This document shows, in pieces, positions 28,907 through 39,027 of a DNA stretch of 64,000 bases. The notes under the pieces were generated by a model. It did no database searches. It had not been told where the DNA came from and saw only the letters and a list, made by a program, of their open reading frames with translations. The translations under genes and the position numbers were made by a program. The DNA is from a virus: the IMG/VR virus record IMGVR_UViG_3300022188_000007, positions 32,001 through 96,000 of that record; one strand, 5' to 3'. The stretch's first letter is position 1, and each line of letters starts with the position of its first letter.

Positions 28907-29347
28907 ATGGACATACGCCCACTAGCAGCAAGGGGCTTTGACATGTGGAGTCCTCAAATAATAACAACTACCGTTTCTGGAGGAGCTTCCTTTGGCAGCG
29001 GTACTATTGAGTTAGAAAAAGGTTGGCAGCTGGCGGCAATTCCAGTAGAGCTGGGATATTGGAGCACTAATTTACATAAGCATGTACATGATGAGGCCAC
29101 TGTTGCCAAATTTGAAAATTATGTGTATGATCAAATACTGGATTTGTATGGTGATATTGTAGAAGTAAGTAATACTTATATTGGAAACCAACAGGCTTTT
29201 TTTAGCTACGTTTGTGGATCAACCCCTACATCCAGCCCACATAACTTTAATTTAGTATATAATGATAATAGTCATATGGAAATATCTGGGTTTTGGATCA
29301 AAATTACAGGTGATTTGGGACCTTATATAGTAAGTTGGGGTAATTAA
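28907..29347 (+). CDS. Putative virion protein
   Basis: LEKGWQLAAIP...GFWIK pattern; abuts the upstream gene. Confidence 0.5.
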   Translation: MDIRPLAARGFDMWSPQIITTTVSGGASFGSGTIELEKGWQLAAIPVELGYWSTNLHKHVHDEATVAKFENYVYDQILDLYGDIVEVSNTYIGNQQAFFSYVCGSTPTSSPHNFNLVYNDNSHMEISGFWIKITGDLGPYIVSWGN

Positions 29348-29348
29348 T

Positions 29349-30215
29349 ATGTCAAAAAAATTAACGTATAGTTTTGTAAAAAACTCTTTTGAAGAAGAGG
29401 GGTATACTCTTTTAAGTAGGGGGTATAAAGATGCACATACTAAACTTAATTTTATTTGTAATAATGGACATAAACATAGTATAAATTGGAGTTCATGGTA
29501 CAATGGGCGACGATGTTTTCATTGCACAGGTTACAGAAAATATATGATCACTGAAGTAAAAGATGCTTTTACGTTAGAAGGTTATAATTTAATTAGTACC
29601 AGTTATAACGGGAACAAAGGCAAGTTAAAATATATTTGTCCAGAAGGCCATACAGGTACCATAACTTTTAATGCCTGGTTACTAGGGAGCAGATGTGCGA
29701 AGTGCGCAAGAATAAAGATTGCCAATAATAGTAGACTATCTGTAGATTTTGTTAGGTCAACTTTTGAGGATGAAGGATATAAACTGTTAAGTGGTTACAA
29801 TGGAGTCAATTCGCCTATAGATTATGAATGTAATTTTGGACATAGAGGTACTACTAGATGGGCTAATTGGCAGCAGGGAGCTAGATGTCTTACTTGTTCC
29901 CATATAAAGATATCTGGTCAAGGAAGCCCACATTGGAAAGGCGGTATATCCTTTGAACCCTATTGTGAAGCTTGGAAAGATAAAGAGTACAAACAAGACA
30001 TAAAAGATCGTGATGGTAATAAATGTTTAAATCCTTATTGTGATTCACCTAATAAGAATGATTTAACTATTCATCATATTGATTATAATAAGAAAAATTG
30101 TAAACCTAGTAACTTAATTACTGTTTGTAGGTCTTGTAATAGTAAGGCTAATACTGACAGTGATTGGAATAAGTCTTGGTATAACAGTATATTGTGTAAA
30201 AGAGGTGCCGTTTAA
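29349..30215 (+). CDS. HNH homing endonuclease 2 with three N-terminal Zn-binding repeats
   Basis: Same repeat three times, then WKGGISFEPYCEAWKDKEYKQDIKDRDG...IHHIDYNKKNCKPSNLITVCRSCN. Confidence 0.88.
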   Translation: MSKKLTYSFVKNSFEEEGYTLLSRGYKDAHTKLNFICNNGHKHSINWSSWYNGRRCFHCTGYRKYMITEVKDAFTLEGYNLISTSYNGNKGKLKYICPEGHTGTITFNAWLLGSRCAKCARIKIANNSRLSVDFVRSTFEDEGYKLLSGYNGVNSPIDYECNFGHRGTTRWANWQQGARCLTCSHIKISGQGSPHWKGGISFEPYCEAWKDKEYKQDIKDRDGNKCLNPYCDSPNKNDLTIHHIDYNKKNCKPSNLITVCRSCNSKANTDSDWNKSWYNSILCKRGAV

Positions 30216-32882
30216 ATGTCACTTAATATTACCCTAGATGGCTATGCTTATGATACAGATGTATCACTAGGCAATAGTGATATATACTATCAGGCTTATT
30301 TTTATAATAATAGTACCTCTTCTAGTTCGTCTAAATGGAATGATGTAAGGGTAATAGAAAGTTCTGGGTATTGGAACTGTAATTTAGGTGATAGTGATTT
30401 TTTAGGTCAAACCGGTGTCGTCTTAGCAGGTTCAAAAGTAGTACTGGTGTTTTGGAAAGGTGACCCAGATAGGACAGCTGACTGTGGAGTATTGACTGAG
30501 TGGGGAGCATTTGAATTGGATATAACATCAGCATCCTTTTATACTAATGATATCCAAACTAAGGTTAATATAGCGCCTAATTTAGTATGGGCTAATAATA
30601 TCCCAGCTCACGGCTACGTGAATACTACTTATACTATATCTAATAGTAGTACTGATGTACATGAATGGAATTTTACTGGTATATTGTCGCCTGGAAGCGT
30701 TACTATGAATCATTGGTACACACGCTATGGCCAGGATATAAACAGCGTTAATAGGATAGAATATACCGATTATGTGTGGGGGGATAGTGAGTCCTCTTTA
30801 GGATTAACTGGCACTACTAATGGTACCCATTCTTATGATACTGCTGGTACGTATACTATAGATATAGAAGTATTTGACTACTGCGGAGGCTCAATAACTG
30901 ATTCAGTAGAGGTTGATATGTATTGGCATATACCAGCTCCAAATATAACTAGATGTACTGAGGTTGGAGCAACACAAGGTAATACTATATATCCCCCAGA
31001 TACAGAGGTTTTCTTTAAGTATGTAGGTACAGATGTAGATGATACTATAACGTCCATAGACTGGATAATACACGACAGTGGGGCCTATGGAAATACAGAC
31101 ACTATAGTTACTGTTAGTAGGGATGATATAATAGCTCATACTGCGGGCGAGGGTACCTCATGGGATGGGCATGTTGCTACACCAGGGGCGTTTACAAATC
31201 CAGGCACTCGTAATGTATCGATGGTGGTCCATTGGTATGACGGCTATCAGTCTCAGACAGTGACTTATAATGAGAATTTTACTCAGTCTACATTCAGCGG
31301 CCCTCCAGTAGCCAATTTAATATGTAATGAAGCTACTGGTAATAATGTTCCAATACCAAGTACTCTAGTGTCTTTTGACTACACAGGTACTAATCCGGAT
31401 TCTAGGATAACCGGTATTGATTGGAATATTAATGATGATGCCACAGATACTGTTATAACTAATGTACCTTATAATACTACAGTACATCATACGGAAGGTC
31501 TGGGGGGAAGTTGGTATGGAAGTTTATCTACTCCAGGGGCATTTTCTAACTCTGGTAGCCACTCTATAGCTATCAAGGTACACTGGAACGATGGGTGGGC
31601 TGATAGAGAAGTTAATTACAGTGAGAATATCACACAAGGGCTGTTCTCAGGACCGGTGCTTAGTATGGATCAAGTACCACCTAAGGCAGTAGTAGCTAGT
31701 GGAGTAACATTTGTTAATACATCTACTAACATTGATAGGGTAGGATTAAGTCTACCAGACCATGAGGAGTATAAGTGGGTTTGGGCTGATAAATTCTTAG
31801 TAGAGTCTGAATTAGACAAACCTTATGAGTACGAGTTTACAAAGGTGCCCACCTCAGCACAATGTATAGTTTATTTATATGCTGATTGGTCAGATGGGTG
31901 GTCGCATAAAACATCTTGGATAGATGAGACTGTAGTCTTTGATACTACTGTGACCGTTACGCCTGAAGACTGCTATTATAGTATTAATATAATAGGTACT
32001 TCTTCTGATGGTTCAGCTACTAGTTATAATTGGACAGTGTCCTCAGGTATATCTGAGACGGGCCCATGGGATGTAGTTTGGGAAAGCCCAACAGATATAG
32101 ATCAACAGCAAAAGACCTTATGTTTTTCTGCTACTGGTTGGTATAAAGTTACAGGGTATGTTAATGGTACAGGTGCTACCACTAGTGATTATGAGACTTT
32201 ATTAATTACAGAAACCTGCCCGGACTCTGCGGCTATTTACAATATATGGAATGGTACGGGTATACTAGATATAGAAGTAGATTGGCAGAGAACAGGAGCA
32301 GGGGTTGAGACAACTGCTTCTAAGTACAGAGGTACAAATGGATTAGATGTAATATACGACAAGGCAGACAGTGTAGTAGAATTTACTAGAACTACAGACT
32401 CTGATATTAATGATTATGACTTCTTATCTTTTTGGATTAATATTAGAGAATGGGATAGTAAGAAAGATGTTTATATTAAATTATTTTCTTCTAACTACAC
32501 TTATGGTACTACGTTAGGTTTAAGTAATTATATCAATACATCTAATATAAATACTTGGACAAGGGTGATGATACCTTTATCCAGATTCAATTTAAAGGCT
32601 CAATTTGCTGAGTTAGGCTGGCCTACATTAATTAATAGTTTAACTTTTGAAACAAAAGGCAACATTGACTATTGGTTAGATAATGTGGCGTTAAGCATGG
32701 GTTCTTTGGTTACAGTACCTGTGTGTCCACCAGACATGGAAATTGCGGACATAGGTGATTTGACTATGACAGCGCAGAATATAGGGACAGTACCAATGGT
32801 GGCTACTGAGCCTCCAGGAATAGAACCAATAACACCAGATGTTTCGGTTATTAGTCCTTTTCCGAAACCAATAAATATATAA
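30216..32882 (+). CDS. Large PKD/Ig-like repeat virion protein with a C-terminal galactose-binding-like domain
   Basis: WGD...HSYDTAGTYTI PKD signature, a duplicated ~120-aa unit (IDW...TPGAF.N.G...VHW.DG...FSGP), and C-terminal YDFLSFWI...WTRVMIPLSRF...YWLDNV. Confidence 0.65.
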   Translation: MSLNITLDGYAYDTDVSLGNSDIYYQAYFYNNSTSSSSSKWNDVRVIESSGYWNCNLGDSDFLGQTGVVLAGSKVVLVFWKGDPDRTADCGVLTEWGAFELDITSASFYTNDIQTKVNIAPNLVWANNIPAHGYVNTTYTISNSSTDVHEWNFTGILSPGSVTMNHWYTRYGQDINSVNRIEYTDYVWGDSESSLGLTGTTNGTHSYDTAGTYTIDIEVFDYCGGSITDSVEVDMYWHIPAPNITRCTEVGATQGNTIYPPDTEVFFKYVGTDVDDTITSIDWIIHDSGAYGNTDTIVTVSRDDIIAHTAGEGTSWDGHVATPGAFTNPGTRNVSMVVHWYDGYQSQTVTYNENFTQSTFSGPPVANLICNEATGNNVPIPSTLVSFDYTGTNPDSRITGIDWNINDDATDTVITNVPYNTTVHHTEGLGGSWYGSLSTPGAFSNSGSHSIAIKVHWNDGWADREVNYSENITQGLFSGPVLSMDQVPPKAVVASGVTFVNTSTNIDRVGLSLPDHEEYKWVWADKFLVESELDKPYEYEFTKVPTSAQCIVYLYADWSDGWSHKTSWIDETVVFDTTVTVTPEDCYYSINIIGTSSDGSATSYNWTVSSGISETGPWDVVWESPTDIDQQQKTLCFSATGWYKVTGYVNGTGATTSDYETLLITETCPDSAAIYNIWNGTGILDIEVDWQRTGAGVETTASKYRGTNGLDVIYDKADSVVEFTRTTDSDINDYDFLSFWINIREWDSKKDVYIKLFSSNYTYGTTLGLSNYINTSNINTWTRVMIPLSRFNLKAQFAELGWPTLINSLTFETKGNIDYWLDNVALSMGSLVTVPVCPPDMEIADIGDLTMTAQNIGTVPMVATEPPGIEPITPDVSVISPFPKPINI

Positions 32883-32898
32883 TACGAAGGAGAGCATT

Positions 32899-33903
32899 AT
32901 GATAGGTTTATCATTTACAATTGACAATATATCGACAGTACTTACCGCGTATAATCATATACAAATCGCTAAGTACACAGGAACAGAGTCTGATCAACCA
33001 CCAGGTCCTACAGATGACGTAGATAATTGGGTTACTATGTCAGGATCGGCTGAGTTTCCAATACCAATAGCTCTATCAGCTAACCAGTCTTTCTATCAAG
33101 CATATGACAATGACGGAGAGTATAATGATTGGTATAGCTCTAGGTATATCTGGATGACTACGGAGAGCGGAGTCAGTACTATAGACACTGCTAACGGCTG
33201 GTCCTCACCCATTCTGGGGGAGACTGGTGATCTTTACTATGACCCAGAGTTTCCAAAAGAAGTCAATTATGGTACAGCTGATCAACGTATTATAGATAGA
33301 ATAAGGATATATACCGGCGATCCTCTTTCTCTCAGAAGAGAGTATGGTGAAGAAGCTATGGCATCTATCCACCCTGATGGTAAAACCTATGAGCTTTCAG
33401 AGTCTGGTTGGCCAGTTTTTATAACTATGGGCGGTAAGGCTTTCAATGATACTTTAAACCCGTCAGTAAATGGTTATAGATATTTGAAGTTTCAAGAGTA
33501 TATAGATGAAATGTGCTCCACCTGTTCAGGTATCACAAGTGTTTGTGGAGAAGAAATAATAAAAGAAACCGTTCATGGAGTTGATATTTGGTATTATTCT
33601 TTCCGAGAGTCAGATCGTCAAATAATGAATGCATATGAAACATGCCCTGTGCCCTCACAATTAACTGAAACTACTGCAACTCCATCAGTTTATATGATAC
33701 AAACAGCTATAGATTTATTACGTAAAGAACTGATTGAAGATTCGACGGAATCAGGGGCAAAAATTCGTGATGAGGGTTCTTCATATGACCCCTCGGAAGG
33801 ATTAAAAATCAGAAAAGCTTTACTAGATGATTTAAAGAAGCGGTTAGATGAAATGATAAAAACTCTAATGATGCAATCTATTTCTGGGGTACTTATTGAT
33901 TAG
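32899..33903 (+). CDS. Putative head-tail adaptor (neck) protein
   Basis: IDRIRIYTGD...SDRQI...AIDLL...KIRDEGSSYDPS pattern and position before the tail genes. Confidence 0.5.
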   Translation: MIGLSFTIDNISTVLTAYNHIQIAKYTGTESDQPPGPTDDVDNWVTMSGSAEFPIPIALSANQSFYQAYDNDGEYNDWYSSRYIWMTTESGVSTIDTANGWSSPILGETGDLYYDPEFPKEVNYGTADQRIIDRIRIYTGDPLSLRREYGEEAMASIHPDGKTYELSESGWPVFITMGGKAFNDTLNPSVNGYRYLKFQEYIDEMCSTCSGITSVCGEEIIKETVHGVDIWYYSFRESDRQIMNAYETCPVPSQLTETTATPSVYMIQTAIDLLRKELIEDSTESGAKIRDEGSSYDPSEGLKIRKALLDDLKKRLDEMIKTLMMQSISGVLID

Positions 33904-33912
33904 GAGTACGAC

Positions 33913-34785
33913 ATGAGTAAAAAATTAACAATTGACTATGTAAGAGGGCAGTTTAAGAAAGATAATTATACACTACTCAGTAGAGAGTATGTTAACGCCC
34001 ACACTAAATTAGATTTTGTATGCCCTAAAGGACATACAGGTGGTATTAGGTGGAATGATTGGAGTCAGGGTACCAGATGCCCTTATTGTGTTGGATTAGG
34101 TAAACCTACTATAGAAGAGGTTCAAAATTCTTTTGAGAAGGTAGGTTTTATACTTTTAAGTAATGAATACGTAAATAGTAAAATAAACTTAAAATATAAA
34201 TGTCCAGAAGGACATATTAATTCATTAAGGTGGGCAGATTGGCAACGAGGAGCAAGATGTAAAGTATGTACTAGAAATATTATAACAACACAGCAACGAA
34301 TAGATAAAAGTATTATAATAAAAAGTTTTGAAGATAGTGGTTGGAAGTTATTAAACTTTGAATATATATCCGCCCATAAACAATTTAAATGTGTTTGTCC
34401 TAATGGGCATGAGCAGACTAAAACTTGGAATAAATGGAGTAGAGGACGAAGGTGTAAGATATGTTCTGATATAAGTAATTCTGGAGGGAATTGTCATCTT
34501 TGGAAAGGCGGTATTTCTTTTGAGCCATACTGTGAAGCTTGGAAGGATAAGGAATATAAACAAGATATACGAGATCGTGATGGCAATAGGTGCTTAAATC
34601 CAGATTGTTGGAAAAAAGATGGTATGTTATCAATACATCATATTGATTACGATAAGAAGAATTGTAAACCTAGTAATTTGATAACAGTATGTCGTTCTTG
34701 TAACTCTAGAGCAAACACTGATAGACAATGGCATAAAGCCTGGTATAAAGCAATAATTAAAAATAGATATCAAAGAGAGGTTTAG
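33913..34785 (+). CDS. HNH homing endonuclease 3 with three N-terminal Zn-binding repeats
   Basis: C-terminal domain nearly identical to that of 29349..30215. Confidence 0.88.
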   Translation: MSKKLTIDYVRGQFKKDNYTLLSREYVNAHTKLDFVCPKGHTGGIRWNDWSQGTRCPYCVGLGKPTIEEVQNSFEKVGFILLSNEYVNSKINLKYKCPEGHINSLRWADWQRGARCKVCTRNIITTQQRIDKSIIIKSFEDSGWKLLNFEYISAHKQFKCVCPNGHEQTKTWNKWSRGRRCKICSDISNSGGNCHLWKGGISFEPYCEAWKDKEYKQDIRDRDGNRCLNPDCWKKDGMLSIHHIDYDKKNCKPSNLITVCRSCNSRANTDRQWHKAWYKAIIKNRYQREV

Positions 34786-34786
34786 T

Positions 34787-35377
34787 ATGGGATATAGCGG
34801 AATAAGTTCTAATACAAAACGTAGGTACAGAAAAGCCATGAAGAAGGTCATCAAAACTTTAAGCCGAAAGATTGTTGTTTATAAACAACCTTTAAAGGCG
34901 GAATGTCCTAATTGCTATTATGATAAGTTAACTGATAGTTCCACAGGCAAATGTAAATGGACTGCGTTGGAGGCTAGAAATAAACAGATAGAGATAGGAT
35001 TAGACAAGGAGCTTCGTTACAAATTCTTCAAGGTGGGTAGGTGCCCAATATGTAAAGGTAAGGGTTACTTAGAAACTCCTAGAAAGGTCTGGATTGATTG
35101 TTTGATTATTTGGAATCCTAATAACCGTAACAGTGTGTCATATACTCCTGCTGGAACTGAAGGATCTACCATAGTTGAATTAAAATCAGATACAAGACAC
35201 TTTGAGTTATTTAAAAACTGTGATAAGTTAACTATTGATGGTATTACTTGTAGATTATCTAAGCCCCCTATATTGAGAGGGTTAGGTAATCAAACTGTTT
35301 TAATAATAACAGCTTTCACTACTGATAAGGCTAGTATTGATAGTAATGAAATACTAAAGAATTATTCAGGAGACTAA
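34787..35377 (+). CDS. Putative head-closure or neck protein with CxxC pairs
   Basis: CPNC...CPICKGKG; located in the neck cluster. Confidence 0.5.
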   Translation: MGYSGISSNTKRRYRKAMKKVIKTLSRKIVVYKQPLKAECPNCYYDKLTDSSTGKCKWTALEARNKQIEIGLDKELRYKFFKVGRCPICKGKGYLETPRKVWIDCLIIWNPNNRNSVSYTPAGTEGSTIVELKSDTRHFELFKNCDKLTIDGITCRLSKPPILRGLGNQTVLIITAFTTDKASIDSNEILKNYSGD

Positions 35378-35994
35378 TGAATAGAATATTTAGAGAATCT
35401 CGTAAACATATAACTACTAGATTAGAACAATCACTAGAAGTTCAGGTTGAAGTCATCAAAGAAATTATTATGGATGCCTATGATAGTTTGTCTGTCAAAG
35501 TAAGCGATCCAAAAAGTAAGACCAATCCTGAGATGTTTAGGGACCGATTCAAAGAGAGATTAGAGATTTTTGAATATTTATATAAGAGTGGAGAAGTTAC
35601 AGAATTAATTTTACCTGCATTAGATAATTTTAATTTTACAGGTATACCTATAGTGGAACAGATACTAGAGGGGACGGTTGGTACTTTTGTAGAAATTTCT
35701 CATGAAGATCTTACTAAACTTACAGGTAAATCTACCATTAATAATGAACCTATAGATCCTACAGTTACTAAACAAAAGAGGGTCTACCTAGTAAAATATG
35801 ATGATAAAATAAGACGGGGTGAAAAAAATATTTTAAAGAAAAAATTAATAAAGTTTTCTTTCTCCAACACACCTGCTTTAGATGCTACTGTCTTTGGGCC
35901 GGCAGAAGAGTATGTGGATAGTAATATAGAAAAGTGGATAGAAGGTACATTGAAGATAAGTATAAAAGAAATCTCACAAAAGTATGGGGTATAA
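35377..35994 (+). CDS. Putative neck or tail-completion protein
   Basis: Coupled by TAATG; position only. Confidence 0.45.
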   Translation: MNRIFRESRKHITTRLEQSLEVQVEVIKEIIMDAYDSLSVKVSDPKSKTNPEMFRDRFKERLEIFEYLYKSGEVTELILPALDNFNFTGIPIVEQILEGTVGTFVEISHEDLTKLTGKSTINNEPIDPTVTKQKRVYLVKYDDKIRRGEKNILKKKLIKFSFSNTPALDATVFGPAEEYVDSNIEKWIEGTLKISIKEISQKYGV

Positions 35995-36967
35995 TATGAA
36001 AAATTTAAGAAAAGAAGATTTAAGTTTGTATCGTTATATAAAGGATACAGTTCTAAGAGACTTTATAGAAAAAGAAGAAATGGTGCCTTTAGAGTTACTA
36101 ACCGAATTATCATGTAATGGGAGTTATGTTTATCAAGCGCAATCTCCACTGGAACCTTCCCCAATTGATAGGGGTAGAGGGTGGGTGTTCTTTGATTGCC
36201 CAGCGTACGATGATAATGGTGATTGTATATATTCTACTGATAATTGTATCTCTGAATTTGTAACAGTTACAGGTACTGACTATGGTAATACTATATCAGG
36301 TACTGAATACCCAGGCAATCCTTGTACAGGTACCCCTGAGCAATCTAATAGGGTGGTACTGTATGATGAGAATCTAGTTGTTATATCCGGCACACCTTAT
36401 TTAGTAGATTACACAGATGGTAGAATTATAATGGAAACCAATACAGTAGTACCTAAGTACATAGACTACTATTGGAATTATATAAGTGTTGTAGATGAGT
36501 GGGCTTCTATTGAAGCTTCAGAACCACCGGTTGTAGTAATAGACACTAGTGGTACTGATAAGGAAGGTTATCAATTAGGTGGCGGAAAAAAAGTTAAAAG
36601 GAAAGCAGAAATACATGTTTTTGCTGGAAATACTTCTGAACGTAACGATATTATAGAGACCATTCATGATGGCCTATATAATAAGTCAGCACCGGTTTAT
36701 AATTTTGCTACTGGGGATGTGTTAGACTATGACGGAACTTTTTATGGTCGAAAATATACCTCCAATAAACTAACCTCCTTATTTAATAGAACGTCTTTAA
36801 ATGATTTAGGTCAGCTTCATGGAGGAATGACTTTTAATAAAGTCTCGTCCAGGCATGTTAATTTACCGTTATTAATGTCTAGGGATCGTGGAGAAGTAAT
36901 GTTAAGTGATCTAAATGCTTACAGATCTAGAATAAGTTTTGAAATAGAAACTTATACAAGAAAATAA
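35984..36967 (+). CDS. Putative tail terminator or completion protein
   Basis: PPVVVID...GYQLGGG...IHVFA...ERNDI pattern, directly before the tail tube gene. True start may be ATG 35996. Confidence 0.55.
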   Translation: MGYNMKNLRKEDLSLYRYIKDTVLRDFIEKEEMVPLELLTELSCNGSYVYQAQSPLEPSPIDRGRGWVFFDCPAYDDNGDCIYSTDNCISEFVTVTGTDYGNTISGTEYPGNPCTGTPEQSNRVVLYDENLVVISGTPYLVDYTDGRIIMETNTVVPKYIDYYWNYISVVDEWASIEASEPPVVVIDTSGTDKEGYQLGGGKKVKRKAEIHVFAGNTSERNDIIETIHDGLYNKSAPVYNFATGDVLDYDGTFYGRKYTSNKLTSLFNRTSLNDLGQLHGGMTFNKVSSRHVNLPLLMSRDRGEVMLSDLNAYRSRISFEIETYTRK

Positions 36968-36970
36968 GGA

Positions 36971-37037
36971 CAGGCTCGTTGCTGGTGAGATAGCCTCATT
37001 AATCCAGTGATGAGAGGACGTTTTAACTACCAACCTG
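36971..37037 (+). other. Structured leader upstream of the major tail gene
   Basis: CTCGTTGCTGG (36975-36985) pairs with CCAGTGATGAG (37004-37014) using GU pairs. Inner TGAG/CTCA hairpin and outer CAGG/CCTG helix. Confidence 0.45.
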
Positions 37038-37075
37038 AGTGCTATTTAAAAAAATAACAGGAGGAAAGAATAAAT

Positions 37076-38674
37076 ATGGCACGTAATAGAATAATTTATG
37101 CTTCACAATCCGTATGGGTTGATGGTGAAGTACTTTATAGAGTACAGTCTCTAGGTACAACTACATCTTTCACATCTGAGGATATCTTTGAGCTTGGTCA
37201 CCTTGATATTATCGATGTTGTTGATGATGTACCTGCAGTAACTGTAACTTTGAACACCAATGATTTTGGTGACGTAAAAACATTCGCTAAACTAGCACAA
37301 GTGGCTCCAGCAAAAATTGCTATGGACGCTACTGCTGATATAACTAATGCTAATCTTATTGCAAATGGAACTTATATGCATGGGGTGGCGCTAGCTGATT
37401 TCGCAGTAACTTGTGGTAATCTTACCGGTGTTACTTTATGGGCGCCAGTTCAGGACGAGTGTTCTATTGGTACTTTGGCTAATAACATTGATCAAACTTT
37501 GTTTCTCGATGAAGTGTATATCAATAGTCTGGAATACAGCTATACAACTGGAGCTAACGCTACAGAGAATTATGGCGCGGAAACAGACAATAAAATGTGG
37601 TTACTGAATGATGGTAGGTTTGTCAATTTTGAATCAACAATTTCAGGTTCTATGGCAGATACTGATGTTACTAATGCACTTAATGCTACCCATATAGGTA
37701 ATGGTTACGTCGAACTTAGTTTAGGGGCAGGTGTAATTGCTGACCTTTCAACAGGTTTAGGTTTTTTGAGAAAAGATAACAATGGAGTTTCAGCCGTCAC
37801 TCATTATAATATGGTAGCTGGAACCGCTGAAAATGTAGCAGTTGTAGCAGGAGTAGCAGCAGCTGTTGATACTTATGTTTATAATTCTACAGGACATCTA
37901 ATTTATTTCCCAACAGGGCCTAATGCTCCAGTGCTTGGGGATGTTCTTGCAGTTGTTTACTCAGCTGATGCCTATTCAGCAGCGATGAATAATTACTTTG
38001 TACCTCTAACAGAGGAAACTACTAGACCTGATGCCGTAGGCGCATTAAGACAGGGCCAAGTAGAAGTATACATTGTTGATCCAGACTCTAGTGCAGTTGA
38101 TTATGATAATGCTTGGAGATTAACTGGTGCTACTATCTCTACTGACCTTACTCGTGAACCCCTTGCGGAGCTCGGGCACTTGGGTCCTTATGATAGACCA
38201 CTTACTCTACCTATTCCAATTACTATGAGTATTGATACTACTGCTGGTGACTTGGAAAACTGGGCCAAGTTTGCAGGAAAACTGGTCGACTATGATGCAA
38301 CGACTATCCAATCTATAGATCTTACAGATCTTATGACTAAAGATAATCTGACTCTAGTTGTTAAAGTTTTTGAACAAACTGATGAAGAAGCTGGTGGGGC
38401 TACTGGTGCAGGACGTAAAGTTCTTACAGGCAGTGATATGATTGGCGACGAATATTTTCTTGACGGTACAATGACAACGTATAGCGCACTCGATCAAGAG
38501 TATGCACTTAAAACTATAGTTGTTAAAAACCTTAAGATCACCGATGAGGGTATGACCCTTGACGTTGGTTCTAATGCAACACAGACATTTGGTTTCAAAT
38601 CCAGTAATGACCTGTACGTAGTTAAAGGTGATATATCTTACGCTAACGTTAATGCTATCATGCGTAATGCTTAA
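37076..38674 (+). CDS. Major tail (tube) protein
   Basis: RVQSL...EDIFELG at the N-terminus and a second copy TREPLAELG. Strong AGGAGG RBS, 3' stem-loop, followed by chaperone-like genes and the tape measure. Confidence 0.7.
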   Translation: MARNRIIYASQSVWVDGEVLYRVQSLGTTTSFTSEDIFELGHLDIIDVVDDVPAVTVTLNTNDFGDVKTFAKLAQVAPAKIAMDATADITNANLIANGTYMHGVALADFAVTCGNLTGVTLWAPVQDECSIGTLANNIDQTLFLDEVYINSLEYSYTTGANATENYGAETDNKMWLLNDGRFVNFESTISGSMADTDVTNALNATHIGNGYVELSLGAGVIADLSTGLGFLRKDNNGVSAVTHYNMVAGTAENVAVVAGVAAAVDTYVYNSTGHLIYFPTGPNAPVLGDVLAVVYSADAYSAAMNNYFVPLTEETTRPDAVGALRQGQVEVYIVDPDSSAVDYDNAWRLTGATISTDLTREPLAELGHLGPYDRPLTLPIPITMSIDTTAGDLENWAKFAGKLVDYDATTIQSIDLTDLMTKDNLTLVVKVFEQTDEEAGGATGAGRKVLTGSDMIGDEYFLDGTMTTYSALDQEYALKTIVVKNLKITDEGMTLDVGSNATQTFGFKSSNDLYVVKGDISYANVNAIMRNA

Positions 38675-38691
38675 TTAGAAAGACAATATAT

Positions 38692-38727
38692 TAAGAAGGG
38701 AGGGGGATTTCCCCCCTCCTATTCTTA
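38692..38727 (+). terminator. Stem-loop after the major tail gene
   Basis: GGAGGGGG pairs with CCCCCTCC, with an outer TAAGAA/TTCTTA helix. Confidence 0.6.
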
Positions 38728-38760
38728 GGACAAGAATATGACTAAAGGAAGGTAAAGGCT

Positions 38761-39015
38761 ATGGGAGAAAGATTTCAGGACAACAGCCGGAAAAAGCTGG
38801 TTCAAGCTATGCGTAAGGAAGTCACTAAAATGATGGAAAAGACATTAGATTTTGCTGACGTAGCTTGTCCTAAAGATAATTTTAAACAACTAAGATCTAA
38901 AATATTACGTGTGGGAAATGACTGCATGCGTAATCTTACTAAGGAGTTCGATGGGTACGTAATTGAATACGATAAACTTGGTGAAGAGATCATCGAATTT
39001 AGAAATAAAGGATAA
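38761..39015 (+). CDS. Hypothetical protein
   Basis: 84-aa helical ORF in the tail operon. Confidence 0.6.
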   Translation: MGERFQDNSRKKLVQAMRKEVTKMMEKTLDFADVACPKDNFKQLRSKILRVGNDCMRNLTKEFDGYVIEYDKLGEEIIEFRNKG

Positions 39016-39027
39016 GGAGAAACTAAG

